A DNA stretch of 52,790 nucleotides, the filler included, from Bipalium vagum (Eukaryota): the NCBI GenBank assembly GCA_037834085.1. It is 3 parts of 3 records of this genome, joined end to end, with 100 filler letters (N's around TTAATTAATTAA, not from the genome) between each part and the next. Parts side by side here need not be neighbours in the genome. Positions count along the whole stretch, not along the records: positions 1 to 16,327 come from JBBMKC010115825.1; positions 16,428 to 34,189 come from JBBMKC010047193.1; 1 more part is not named here. One strand, written 5' to 3'. Below are positions 12,539 to 26,849 of the stretch, piece after piece (the first letter of the stretch is position 1; the number at the start of each line of letters is the position of its first letter). The position numbers and the translations under genes are program-made. Below the pieces are notes generated by a model. The model was given only the letters and a program-made list of their open reading frames with translations. It was not told the DNA's origin and did not search any database.

Positions 12539-13204
12539 TTTTCTGCTGGATAATCTGGTAAAATATATTCGAAAAATAAAATAATCTCAAATATACATAT
12601 GCAGTAAAACTCTGTCGGAATAAAAACGAAATTTTAAGAATGATTCAGATAATTCAAAACTATATTATATGGCGTTTAAAGCACACAATAAACATGCAAA
12701 ACTGGTGTTATGTAATCACTGGTTAAAATTATTTAAGTATATATAGGAATAAAAATATCTGAAGATAAGAAAAATTTCAAGCCGCAACAATAATTTGAAT
12801 GGATAATATTTGAGATATTTTCCGAAAAAATATATTAAAAATATCTTAAATTTGCTATTAGAAAAATTAAATAATTAAATTACCATTTTAAATTTGTGAA
12901 TTAATAATTGATTATTGAAACAAACTTAATTAAAATATGAAATCGATATAATTAATTGGTAATGATTTTTTTATTAATTTTTTTAATCCAATTATAAAAT
13001 GTTAATAAAGAAGTCAATTTTATTTTAGAAATTTGTATTTTTATTGGAAACAGCAGTAGCTTAATAATTAAAATTAGATTTTATTTGTAATGAGACTTAA
13101 TTTATTAGGAAAAGGTACTCGTCATAATATATGATTTCTTTTCTTATAGATTCGCTGATGTTATTGAAATCTGTTGCTAGAGGCATTTTGGATTAATTTA
13201 AATA

Positions 13205-15538
13205 CAGTTGAACCGCTTAATATCGTGTCATCTGTTCAACAGAAAACAGTGATAATAAACGGGACATCGGTTAATATCATGTTTCGGGATAATAACCAAT
13301 ATAAGGTTAATGTTGTTTTTTGAAACTAACTGATAATGACAAGAAAAATTACAAAAGGAACACAGTTTTATTAAGACATCTGAAACCACGTGTCAAGTGT
13401 TAACTGGTGCGTTTTCGTGGCATTTTTCAAAATTGTTTGACTAATTTGATTCTCTATTTGATTAAAGTGTTTCCAATCCGATAATCCACTCTTTGAAAAA
13501 AATGTTTGAATATTTTCTAAAGATTTTAAAGATACTTGTTTGGTGATATTTGTTGTAGAAATTTCTAAGTCTGAGTCGTTGTCATCAGACACATTTTCAG
13601 CAGTCTTACCCTTCTTTTCTAGAATAGCTGCTACAATATCTGCATCGTCTAATAGTTCTACGGACACTATAGCTCGATCAATATTAAAATAATTTTCAAA
13701 ATTAAAGTCCAGGTCATTTGTATTAAATGTACTTGCATCATCTGGTATTATCTCGTCTTGCACCAATGCACCAGCGTCTTAAAGCCTTATCAAAATTTTG
13801 AGCTTTACTTGACGGCTGCCTTTTACAGTTAGTATTGCTGGAAGTGCCTAATTTCACTAATTTATCCTTATTTTTAAATATCTTACTGTTCATGAATCAA
13901 CATTAAATTTCTTTGAAAATGCTGTTGAGATCCACAGTAAAACTGGTGAAAAACCGGACAGATCCAACACAAAATCCAAAGAAAAAGATATCAGAGAACG
14001 CTGACGAACCTCAGTTGCCGATGGAGAGTGATGACAGCTCCCCGAAATTAGTCATCGATATTGGAAACATTTGATTTACATTTCACATTTGAATTTGAAT
14101 TTTATTTTACATTTTATATTTGAAGTGATTTTAATATTCATGAAAAGGCTTCGTAAGGCCTACTATCTTTATTTTTATATTTCTGAAAAAAGAATGTGAT
14201 TTATATTTTATGCTGTAAAAAATAATATTTAAATAATTAATAAAGTTATAAATAATAATCATTTTAAAATAAAATAAAAGTTAAATTAAATATGTAAAAC
14301 GTGGAGTTAGATATTAATTAAAATATTAACTCACATGGTTATTCATTATTATTATAAATATTATTATTATTATGAAAATAAAATAATTTACTATAAATAA
14401 ATAATGTGAAAGTAGGGTTACTAAATAGAGTAAGTTCTATAGCATAAGAACTTACTTAAAATAGCAACCAACTACGCAAATTCTAGTATTAGTAAAAAAA
14501 ACCCACTTAAAATAGAAATCGCCCACACAAAAATTTATTATTATTAAGTTAAAATAGAGCCAATGAGAAACTCTAGAATGTAGAAAACCGGAGTATATAA
14601 ACTCTTGGTTTTCACATTCAAAATGCCCTTAATAAACCTGAGAATACGCTTACAGATAGTCAAATTAAAGATACTTTTAAGACACCGGTAATAATAATAA
14701 GTAAGGAATTTTTATTAATTTCAAAAGTGTTTAACCGATCGAGTTAAACTTAAATAATTAATTAATTAACATTTATTTAGTGATAGAAGGAAATTCTTCT
14801 CATCACTAACTTTTTAAGATTTTCTTTATTCTTTTTATTGTCCTCTCGCTAATTCGATTTAGCAGCGCTCTAGGCGACAGAATACACATTTTTGTTATCA
14901 GGACTTTTTTGACTATCGTAAAGTCAAGAAGATATTTTATTAATTAATTAGTTGTTTGTAATTTTGAATATTATTTGATCGATTGAATAGATTTCCATCC
15001 TTGCATTTGTGATAACAAATATAAGTTATTTTGTCAATCGATTTGTTTATTCGTGAGTTTTCTTTTATTTACACTAACTTCGAGAAAGTTGGTAAGCCCA
15101 GTTGTAAGCTCCCTTGTAACAGTTTTGCTTGCGACTTTAACCGTTACACTGCTGAAAAAAATATTTTTCTCGAAATTATTACAGGACGCAATATGTTCTC
15201 TTTTCCATGTGTAATGTCTGTACGTTTTCTTTTTTCAGTCATTTTAAGACTAAAATCATAAATTATTTAATAAATTAACAAAAGAAAAGATGATAAACTT
15301 TCACGACTTCATTAAGTAAAAATTTTTCTAAATATGTATTATTAACACAATAAGTAAACAGGTGATATAATCAGGTTTCACTACATAAACTCTAGCACAT
15401 TTTCGTGATTTTATCCCGTATTTTGATATTAACCGAAGTGATATAAAATAGTTTAATACATTAAATTTACATATGATTGACAAATTTTTTTCAGTGCACC
15501 ATGATATTATCCGACGTGATGTTTAACGGGTTCCACTA
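13205..15538 (-). mobile_element. pogo/Tigger-like element with degenerate TIRs, internally deleted and interrupted
   Basis: Ends CAGTTGAACCGCTTAATATCG (after TA) and, reverse-complemented, TAGTGGAACCCGTTAAACATCACG. N-terminal MTEKRKRTDIT near 15240. Acidic C-terminal tail ORF 13371-13766 ends QLTLDTWF, typical of pogo tails. Confidence 0.7.
14305..14771 (+). mobile_element. Candidate LTR (AGTTA...TAACA) inserted in the pogo element, preceded by an unrelated ORF end (about 13920-14034)
   Basis: Imperfect inverted termini, purine-biased tract just upstream, and CCAAT (14560), TATATAAA (14594) and AATAAA (14631) in LTR order. Confidence 0.35.
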
Positions 15539-16327
15539 CATATATACATTATTGGGTTTCTCCGCCTCTGTCATATTTCAACAGAGGTAAATTGTTCTAA
15601 TTTTTCAGACATAGAGTTAAGATGATTTCTAACTTTTCTCTTTAACTCATCATTGCTTACATATTTCAAAAATTGTTCCACTAATTTTAAGTTTCGATAG
15701 TTTATTTGAGTTCGAAAATTAGATCAACACTTTTTTCTCAGATTTCTAATCTCTTGTGTCCTTGAAGAAGCACAGTTCGTGCTCTAAAGGATTTTTGATT
15801 ATTAATGTTAGGGGAAAGATAGACCGAGAGAGGATTTAAAAAGTTTATTTGCTAATAAAATTAGAGGGTTTACCTTTTGACTGTTTTTTCTTAAACCCGT
15901 TAATAAATCATTTACCAAAGTTTGACAAAGATTTTAATTGCAAAATGAAAACCGTTACCTAACAAAGTTTTATCATTTTTAATTTAAAACGAATTTGAAC
16001 TTAGAACACTAAAGAGTAATTGTCTAAAAAGGTATTGTAAGTAAAAAAGTTTAAAAATTATAACTAGTCGATGTTCCTTCGTGTACTGTACTGAGAGGAA
16101 AATGTGTTTACAGTGGTGGGTAGAAATTTTGGTCTTGTTGGATGTGCTAACATGCATACAAGCAACCAAATGATCTTATTAGGGTGAGCCATAATAACTC
16201 GCGTTTTTTTACAAATTTTCTTTACATAGAAACATTATAAGTATATTAAATTTTAAATATCTAATTAATGTTTAATTTATATGTAGATTAATATATTGAT
16301 TGTTTAAATATTAAAAACGTTTATTTA

Positions 16328-16427
16328 NNNNNNNNNNNNNNNNNNNNNNNNNNNNNNNNNNNNNNNNNNNNTTAATTAATTAANNNNNNNNNNNNNNNNN
16401 NNNNNNNNNNNNNNNNNNNNNNNNNNN
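16328..16427. other. Artificial contig linker N44-TTAATTAATTAA-N44
   Basis: Exactly 100 nt. The central 12-mer puts TAA stops in all six frames. Identical to 34190-34289. Confidence 0.95.
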
Positions 16428-19017
16428 TGTTAATTAGGCCAAACCACAAATAGATGCAGCGTAATTATAACTTTATTCCAATTTCTTAATGCCAAAACGT
16501 CAATTAGCATCGACTGAAAATTTAATATCGAAATTAACATTAGCAAACCCCACTGAAGAACAGAAAGGATTCCTTTGTAATTCATTAGTGAATTTAAAAC
16601 TGCTTTTGGGCAATTAACGTAATAGCAGTAGCTAATTAAAAATATGCTAATAATGTAAAATAATCTCATTAAAGGACAAAATAATCTTTGCAAATCCTGT
16701 GAAAAGAAGTGACTTAATTGATATAATTAAATATTTTCCTACCACAGATCTGACGATGCTCAGAAAGACAACGAAGGAGACTGAATATTATGCTGTCATA
16801 AAACTCCGGATATGAAATTAGTCTCAAGTCTGCATGGCAGTCGCTCTGGCGTGGAACATTAATGGTTCATGTGATAGATAAATGTAAAATGTGGTTCAAT
16901 ATCTGCTTTTATAATTATAATTAACATCTCAGCATCCTCAGGTATTGAAAAACGTCGTATAGTACATCCAAAACACGCAATGCCAATAATGAATTTTAGT
17001 GAAAACATTTCTTGTTTTACTAAACCATTGTCAAGAAAATGTTAAACGTTGACATTTTAAAATAAACTTTTCCTTGAAATATCAAAATGATTGATAAAGT
17101 TTCTTTATTCTCGTGGCAAAATACGTTTTTCTTCATTGTATAATTGTGATGAATTAAGAATTTCATTTCTAATAAATATACACGTAATATTATTTTGATA
17201 ATAATATTATTTAAAAAATAATTAAAAATACAAATATTAATTTTCTTGATTTTTTCCAGATAAAATTAACATTTATTGGAAGAAATGCATATTTAAAGCC
17301 AATTTTTTGTAATTTTTACATTACATTTGTTCAATCATTCAGTTAAATAAAACAAAATTATCCATTCAATCAATAATACATTATTTATAAATCGATCGAG
17401 ATAAAACAACGAAAATATTTTTCTGGTTGAGAAAACGAAAAATAAATTATTAAAAAAAAACGAAAAATTTTAATGTACATTTTTCTGAATAGAAAAAATA
17501 TGCAGGATTGTTTTAAATAATAAAATTAAATCTCTGAATTAATATTCATTTCATCGTCTAATTTTAAAGCATTTGTTTTATTGATTTTAAAAAATGAAAA
17601 ATCTCTGTTTTTTTGCAAATTCTGTTTTACAAAGAATATTTTAATAATTATTAAACAGTTTTGCTTGAATAGGAATCATTTTCATTTATAAGTAAATTCG
17701 AATTTTTTGTTTTAATCAATTATTTTCATCAATCCGTTTTACAGTAAGACTTATTTCTTTATCAGAAATACCGATTTTCTTACAATTTTTCAGTGCCTGA
17801 AACGAAATAGAAATAATAGATATTCAAGAAATTCATTATTTGTAATTAATATTTGCCATTTTTTGCCGTTTTTTTCCGTGGAAAAAAAATATTATTCAGA
17901 ATTGGGTTAGAAAATCGTTTGAAACGATATCAAGAAATCAGCTTGACGACCATACTACAAAAGGGTATTTTGTGAGCTCGTTGAAGGGTAATCTCATTTC
18001 TTCTTCTTCTCAAAAATCGTTTTTCCATGTGATTGAATTTGTACAAGAAATCAATGCCATGTTTATTTGAGGAAAAATAAAATTGATTTCACGTTTTGAT
18101 ATTATTACCAGGGAGACGAGAGCCATACATTCGAGAGGAAAACAGACAAAGTCTCCATGATGACGATGAAATATGCTTTTCATCGCTTTTCATCATTGGA
18201 GAAATAAAGGCTGATTTCAATGCAATTTGGGTCTTCAAATAAATTAAATATTTTAATTATATTTTTGATTACTCGGTTAGTATTTTTGAAAAGAAAACAA
18301 ATATTTTTTCAGCTGCCCTTTTCAAGGATGAATGTACAGGGAAGTTCAAGGTAATTTTGTTATTTTAAGAAGAAAGGTTCCGGTTCAATTAAAACAATTA
18401 TTAATTTATTTTCCATTTTATAAACATGAAATAAATGGAAGAAATACTTAAATAAAAAGTAACAAACTATTCGAAATTTTAACCAGAAATAAATGTTTTT
18501 TTCATATTTTGAGAAATTGATAAGAAAGATTTTTCAAGCTTTTCGGAAATAATTTCCTTAGAAATAAAGATATCTCTGTATTGACTGTAGATTAGTTATA
18601 ATAAAACGGTGTTGGACATTGATAATAAGTGATAATATAAATGAAAAACATTATCAATGAATAATTATTAATAATATTATTTAAAAATATTAATGATTAT
18701 AACAGATATGAAAAATGAGAAGCCAAAGCCATGGTTTAAAGATTGTTTCAGAAAAATATGGTATGTTTACACATTATATAGTTTTTTTCTCATGTGTGAA
18801 ATTTTGCTTTATATATGAATTACAGATTTTATGTATGGATACATTTAATAATATTATGTTCATCTTATTTAATCACATTAATCATAATCAGTATGGCAGC
18901 CAATGAAAATTAATCGTGGACAAATAGTTAGAGGACACAAATATTCCGCATTAACATAAAAAGGCCTTTTTATGTTATCTTTTAAAAATAAACTTTATTA
19001 TTTTTATTATTATTTTA

Positions 19018-19072
19018 TATTAATTATTATTTTTTATTAATTATTATTTTTTATTAATTATTATTTTTTATT
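19018..19072. repeat. AT-only minisatellite, about 3 copies of a 17-nt unit (TATTAATTATTATTTTT)
   Basis: Direct tandem copies visible. Confidence 0.7.
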
Positions 19073-21799
19073 ATAATTTTTTATTATATTTTATTTTTTT
19101 TTAAAATAAACTTTAAAAGTATCTCTATTAACAGTGCAAAATTTTTTGGCAACTTATCTGTAAACCTTCATCATCGAGAAATAAAAAGGTTCTGGTTGTA
19201 AATCAGGTGCAGCAAATAAAATAATTGAAAAGAAAGTTTTACAAACACCTAACTTATCTAATGCAAATTTATCAATGAATTTGGAACATCAGCATAAACT
19301 GTTTATAGATAAAACTTAGAGCTATTTTGCAGTTATTCAAAGTTCTAAAAGTTCCAGATAGAGATGAAGATGAAGAAGCTGAAGCCAAGAAACGAAGGAA
19401 AATATGATATCCAATTTTTAAAATTAAAATTTGAATGAGGAATTATGGATACTACGTCACTAACTTCAATCAAAAAGATTCCAGGACAGGATTTTTTTGT
19501 TGCACAATAAAAAATACAGGAATAAGAGAACATCAAGGTATGCATCAAAATATTTGACATGACATGCCATATGTTCATGTGGAAGAAAGAGCAAAGAATT
19601 TGTAGTTAAAGGGACAGTCAATATAGAGATCTGATTCTAGTGTATCTTGTTCGTTTCTAATGACAGTATTAATTTCAGCTGGCATCAAATTAGGTCTAAG
19701 TTTTGTTTTAAGATGGGTAGCAAATCTTCCGAAACAAAAATAATAATTTTTTATCATTGTTATCAGGTTTTTCAAGAAATTATCGATGTTATGTTACATG
19801 AGCATGTTACAAATGCTGATTAGTTTAATATTCATGTAGAACCAAAATATCAAGCTTTATGGAATATTCCATGCATCTTGAGTGATCATCAATAGTTGAA
19901 TTCAACTTCCATACGGACCCTCAAAAGGTAATGTAAGTTGTCAGTTTCAATTATGATCTTTATTTGGTCATTATTAATTCTCATTAACTTACCAGAGCTC
20001 GATGCAAATCTGAAAAATAAGTTGTTATATTAATATATCTTTTCCAGTTACATTGAACATAGTTTTTTATATGATTCTAACCTCTTACTTTTTAGAAGTA
20101 ATAAATTATTACTAATAATATAAAATATATTTAAAATGTTCATTTTGATTTTTCATTTCAAAAGTACGCCATACAAAATAGATTCAACTAAACAAACTGA
20201 ATTTTGCTGTACCAGCATTAATATTAGTCCATACCATAATAAAAATAACAGTTATCACCATGAAGCTCCAAAAGACATAAATGCTGTCTATGAGAAAAAA
20301 AACGAAGACTCCGGAAAACCTAATATTTTGTGGCTATAGACTTTTAAAACAAAAATATATTTTCCATGACTTGGTAATCTCAATAAATATATTTTATTCT
20401 TATTTACTGTGGTGTATACGGTGAATATGAAGTCACAAAACGTAACTGTCATTTCAGATTATAATTTTGTTTTTCTTATAAATTTCGAAGGAATCGAAAA
20501 TGTCTCTTTGGATTACGTTTATTAGATCAGCTCTACAATAATTCGTCCTGGGAATTTTGCTTATGAGCTCTAAATAATGATATTCATATATCGAGTGTAC
20601 AGGAATGTGTTTCCTGATACCGAATAAGGCTTCAGAGCTGTTTTAATATGAAAATAAATAATTAATTATGAAGCACACCATTGGTGATGATCTTCTACAT
20701 TAAGAATGAAGAAGTAAATCCAATATTGGAAGGTATTGTTATAAATGTTAGAAAAATTATCCGAAAATATGCAATTGTAATTCTTTTCCAATAAAAAACC
20801 CATTAATTAATTAATTAATTAATCCGAAGAAAAAAATGTGTAAAATAGAATAATTTTCACGAATAATGAAATTTGATAAAAAATAATTATTTATCCTAAG
20901 AATTTCTCTGGGGAAATTCTAACAGCTTTTCTTTAATTTTTATTAAATATTAATTTATTTATTCGAATTATTCATTTGAAATAGACATATGGGATCAAAT
21001 GAAATTTAGAAATTCATATTAAAAGGATTGGAGATTTCAGAGAAATTTATTAATTATTTATATTCCTGCTTAATTTATTTAAAATTCTTTTTTCGCTGAG
21101 ATTGAAACAAATGGAATAAGTGGATGAAGGATTAATAAATATTAAAAATTTTTTTACAGAATTCATTGGCATTCAATAATTGATGAGAAATGTCAGATAA
21201 ATTTGTTTAAATCCATTCGAATTTTGATTGTGAGATAAATTAAAAAAACCTTTAATCCTGCAGAAATTTTATTCAGTTGATTTGCTTTCTAACTAAATTT
21301 TTAATTATATATTGATTATTCTTGTTTCAAGTGAGTATTTCTATTTCGATTATCTTAAATTATCATTATTGAAATATTCTTTTTTTGTTTAAATGATATT
21401 TTAAAATTATAAATATTCTATTTAAGATGTTAAGAGAATAATTTTACTGTTTAATTAAAACTATTTATTTTTTTTAGAATTTATTAAATTTTAGAATTGA
21501 CATTGTTATAATGGAGAATTAAAATTTTCCTATTTAAAAGAAATGGGTGTTTTTCTGCATTGGCTGTTTTCAATCTGTCAATGCTGAACACAATAATATT
21601 GTACAGTAATGGTTTTCCCGGCTTTAAATATCTCAAAGTGAACCGCACAAAAATGTTTCATTATTCGCATAAAAGCTTTTTTAATCCATGGATGACTTCC
21701 ATTGTTTTCTCATAACCGTTTTATGCATAATCTTTATAATAATAAACAGTCAAAAAATGGATCCTTTTTATGACAGTTTAGTGCATTTTACATATCGGA

Positions 21800-22650
21800 C
21801 CTTAGAGATTTGTGCAAATCACTGAGATTATAAAGCACTATTTTACTGGAATGCAGAAACTTCTCTATGAATTTCAAGTGCCGTTTAACTGGTCTCCACG
21901 GGGTAATTGTTTTTTTGTGAAATTTCATTAATTTTTTTGAGTAAGATCAAACAATTACATAACATCTTTCAATTCATCTTCATCAAATTGAACAGTACAA
22001 CCACTTCTCGTGGACATGTTGACGGTCGTCTAAGGGACTCACATCAGGCGAACTAGGTGGCAAGATTTACTTTGAACATTGAGATTAAGAAATACCTTTT
22101 CCTCACTATGTGCTGGTGCACCATCTTGTTGGTAGACGAAGTGACCTCCATTTGACTGAAAACTTCCACACGAGTATCAGCAGTCACTTTCAAACCTTAT
22201 GGGAGAAATGACGGACATGATATCTCCTTCATTACTGATAATATTTAACATCATGACTGTGGCAGGAAATTTCGTTATGATAATAAGGGACATTTTCACA
22301 CAGCCATCTGTTGTTTATCTCACTGAAAATCTGGTCAAGCCTCGAAATTCTTTTCTTTTGAGAAAAAGATTAAGGAATTTTCATTGTTTTAATAGTATCT
22401 TTGCCTTTTCAAGTTTTCTTTCTTTTATCTTATGAGACAAAAACTGGTCTCTTCTAATGACATATGATTTTTATGGAATATCTTCATTGATAATTTTAAG
22501 TCCATCTAATATATCCAATTCTCCGTCTATGGAGCCCATTGATCTGCCTGTATCTTCATTGATGACATCTGGATGCAGGATATCATATCAACACTTGTGC
22601 AATTCTTGTGTACTCTAGTTACTTGCCACACTAAAAATGATATTATCTCA
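21800..22650 (-). mobile_element. Decayed maT (DD37D-type) transposase
   Basis: Minus-strand motifs KSYVIRRDQF, KFPATVMMLNIISNEGDIM, FVYQQDGAPAH, PPSSPDVSPLD. Boundaries approximate. Confidence 0.8.
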
Positions 22651-22899
22651 TGTCAAAAGATTTTAAAAGCTTGAAAATATTAATAAAATGCACATAATAG
22701 TGTCTTAATTATATTGTTAAAACACTTAAAAAACTCAAAATATTTCCAATTTTATCAAGCAAAAAATAAAATTATCAAGAATAAAATAACACAAATTAAT
22801 TGCCACATTCTCATAAAAATCTACACATAATGCCAATAATCTATTGAGCTGTCATGAACATAAATGCTGTTATAAATTCTATTTGGCATAAGCTACTAA

Positions 22900-23963
22900 A
22901 TTTTCGAGAACGGATTTATCAAAGTCTTCCCAATAGCTAAATACCGCAGATTGCGGCTCATCAATAAAATTGAATTGCTTTTCACAAGCATAAACATTAC
23001 AAACCATCAGTTTTCTGTGATATTGGTCTGATGAATGCGGTGGGTGGTCCATAACATCAATATCTTTTATCCCTTAGCCATTCCAAATTTGAATGGGCAA
23101 CATAAAACTTGTAATTATCTTGTTGAAAAACAGGACAGACTCAGTAAAATTTAGAGATAAATGGAAGTAAATTGACTGTTTTTCATTTTGATTTCACGAA
23201 GCAAGCACCAAACGCAACTTGCCACTGAAATTGAAACCGACCCAATTCACTAAAGAGCTTCCACCAGTGTGTCTCTGAAAAAATAATGTCTTTTTCTTAA
23301 TATCTGATTCGTCTAAATTAAACTTCTTCTTGTTACACCACTTGACGGCTTAACCACATTTTTTCTGTATTGCACAATTTGGGAATTGTTTAAAACACCC
23401 GGATAATGTCCATGTTTACATTAAATTGAAATCGATTTGCTGCTGGCTTTGCGATTAATCAATCCGTTAGTTTTGGCAGAAAGCTTTTTTTTTATACACG
23501 GCTTCTGTTTTTACTATCAAAATTTTTAGAATAATATCTTATGGTTTATTAACTCCTATGAATCATATTTCCAATCCATCTAGCTGATTTTTCTGCCTCG
23601 TCGTAGACCTTAATCATCCCTTTAAGGATATGAACATTTTATTTAAATTTGTCATATTCCGAATTTACAAAACACTTTAATTAAGTAAATTCTATAAGTA
23701 TCAATATTCACTTATGACGCGTCCGAAAAAATTTAACTTTGAAATTAAAAATGATAGAATAAATTAAAAGTTAAAATAGTGCGTTAATACTGTCAACCAA
23801 AAATTAAATTATACAAACAAATTAGATTTAATTTAAAGAATACAATGTCGTTAAAATATGTTCTTATGACTTGTAATATAATCAATAATAAATTACAAAA
23901 TATTTATTTCCCTTCAAGATTTTTTAATTTTACAAGGTGCGACAATTTATTTCTGTCACAATG
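22900..23963 (-). mobile_element. Decayed Tc3-like (DD34E) element
   Basis: Minus-strand motifs KKKFNLDESD, RHTGGSSLVNWVGFNFSGKL, PVFQQDN, DVMDHPPHSSD. Possible terminus TA-CATTGTGACAG near 23963. Confidence 0.7.
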
Positions 23964-25652
23964 TATGTTAACATTGAAAAACTCTTACTCACATTTTACA
24001 TTACTTTTCACCTTTTTCTTTTAAATAATTAATTTCATATTGTGATTCCCATATAAATAAGTGATATATCGTAGTTTTTGTGGTGTTTGAATAAATCTGT
24101 GTCACATTGTACGGTGGTGCCTTAAACCTTTGCTTACCACTGTACAGTAATTATTAAGTGTTTTTATTTGAGAAGGGTTTTACATGAAAACTGATATCTA
24201 ACTTATAATCATGAAGAGAGGGTGGGAAATAATATCTTTTGTTTTTCAGCATTTAACTATTCTTTCTCATTCATTCTTATGTATAAATCTCGAAAAAATA
24301 AAAATAACAACTTTTATCTAAAGTATTATATTTATGATTCTTTTAAAAAGTATAAAAAATAGTTTGTAAGGCCTTATTTATTATTTATAAATGCTTATTC
24401 GAGCTAAAAACCAAGAAATAATTTAATTAGTTTAATGTCTAAGAATGTATAAGAAAATCAATTAGGTCTCATGCAGAAATATCAAAGCTTTTAGAGAGTA
24501 GACTTGCGTTGATAAATTATGCTGTAAAATATTTAATATATACTCTCGCATATTTTTACAGCTTATAAAGTTTATTGGGAATATCATAGAAAATTATATG
24601 CAGCTCCTTTATTGTAAAAATATTAAACGAGAAATTCTTCATTTAGTTTTTGTAAAAGTGTTGATAAAAAATAATAGTGTAATAAAAAATATTAAATGAT
24701 ATATATTATGGAAAAGTTGCTTAATAATTATATTTAATTAATTACTAACGTGAAATTTAAATTTTATTTATTTATTTCAGTAAAATTATTAATTATTTAA
24801 GTTCAACAATATCTTGAAATTATTAAATTTATTGATAAACAATAAAGTAAATTTATTTATATTTTTTCATTGGATGTTTTGGGAAAATTAAAAAAAATAT
24901 TATTTATTTAAACAAAAAATACAATATTGGAAACAAGTATTTCTATGCTTTAAATTATATAAAAAGTCCATCAGAAAAAGAATAGATGTTTTTAATTTAG
25001 AGTCATGACAAATTATATTATAACTAAATATTTAAACAAATATTATTTAACTTGTGATTCTTTCAATTAATAAAAATTCTTCATTTAAACAAGTCATTAA
25101 ACATTTAAACAATAATTTCCTAAGTAGCTTAAGGAAAAAATGAACAATTTTTTAAATTTATACAGTTTTCTACTTACATTAATCAAAATTATTAGGTGTA
25201 AGCCTCTAATCGTTTATACTAAATCCACTAAATAATTTTCTAAATATTATTATTATTTCATTCCCTAAATAATCAATTTGTTCTTCAAGACACCTTTCTT
25301 TAACATCCTCCTAGAATATAAAACAAAGTCAAATGATATTATAAATAAATAACAATTGCGAAGAATAGCGATACAACGTTGAAGTCAATGAATAAATCAG
25401 AAATATAAATGGAAATGTGACAGAAATTGATTTCTAAAACTAATCAGAATGATTTGCCAAATTAAAAATATTCACTCCTGGAAATTTAAATTTTTCGAGT
25501 AAAAATATTTTAAAAAATAAAATTTCCGGGTATTTTTAGAAAAAAGTTGAATAATTATAAAAGACTTTAGAAATGTTAGGATTTTACAAATCCACCACAT
25601 TTACACAATATAAAAATGTTGTGAATGACTTTTATCATGGCTTACATAAGTA

Positions 25653-26662
25653 CAGTCTACCCTCTAATATTTACCACAATAGAGAACCTTGAAAAAAATT
25701 AGAAAAATTAGAATTTGGTAAAAATTAGAGGGGAAATGATTACACAATAAATATGACACACTAATACGGATAACAAAATTCTTTAAAAATCCACAAATAT
25801 TTATTTATAATTCAATTTTTTCATTCCTTCGAAAAGTAATGCATAATTGTCTTCTGCTTGCTGTTTAACGTTTGCTTATTAATGACTTTTTCAATTTTCA
25901 TTAGGGAAATAATGTCATCACTTGTAAGGTTATCTAAACTTACTACGTATGATTTTAATTCATGAAAATAATTCAGTACTGTTTGCAAACTTAATTTTGT
26001 AATGACTTCATTCTTGTCTTCATTAGTTTCTATTTCCTCAACTAAATCATTATCATCTAAACATAAAATTGGATCACAAAAGTGGTCTTGTGGTTTTAAA
26101 TCCAATCCAATCATTTCTTTTCGATCAATTGGATCGATAATTTCTAATCTCTGTATTAATTCACCAAGGTTATCACTTTCCAGATTTTCAATAGTTTCTT
26201 TTGATTTTACCAATCCTGTTTTCGCCCAACAATTTACAATTGTTGATTGAGAAATATTTTTCAACCACATTCCAGGTAAATAATAGCATCTTTTAGAGTT
26301 ATTTCTTTAAACAACGATTCAGCAAGTTTTTCTGGTGTTATTTTATTGACAATATATGATAAAAGATGATGATAATATTTTGCTTTAAAACTTTTTATTA
26401 TTCCGGAATCCAACGGTTAAAGTCTCATTTTTGAATTTTTTGGAAGAAAAAGAATTATTAAAATTTAGAAATAAATAGATTTATACTCAAACGCACTAAT
26501 AAATTTAAATTTCGATATTATTAAAATAAATATTTAAAAATGTGATATAAAAAAGTTGACAAAATTAGAAAAGTGGTAAAAATTAGAAAAAGCCTTAAAA
26601 GTGTGCATGATTTTCTATTTATAGGAAAAAATTAGAGTTGGTAAATTATAGAGGGTAGACTT
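25653..26662 (-). mobile_element. Internally deleted pogo/Tigger-like element with TIRs and TA flanks
   Basis: TIRs CAGTCTACCCTCTAATATTTACC and (rc) AAGTCTACCCTCTATAATTTACC. Subterminal AAAATTAGA repeats. Coding remnant FLPKNSK..PLDSGIIKSFKAKY..WLKNISQSTIVNCWAKTG..KQKTIMHYF. Confidence 0.88.
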
Positions 26663-26849
26663 TATATTAAAGTTAGTGGTCATTCTGTAGAAAAATATTA
26701 ATTATTCTTATGTTGCATACATGTTTACAGCTAATACACTTTAAAATCAGGTACTTAGATTTTTATACACAATGTATATATGTTAAGTGAAAAATCTTTA
26801 AAGTAAAAATGACAGAATGTAAAAATATATAAAAAAACATTTCTGGAAA

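Noticed and set aside
16372-16383. TTAATTAATTAA as a biological repeat or piggyBac site
   Set aside because: Centred between exactly 44 N on each side, twice, so it is an assembly linker.
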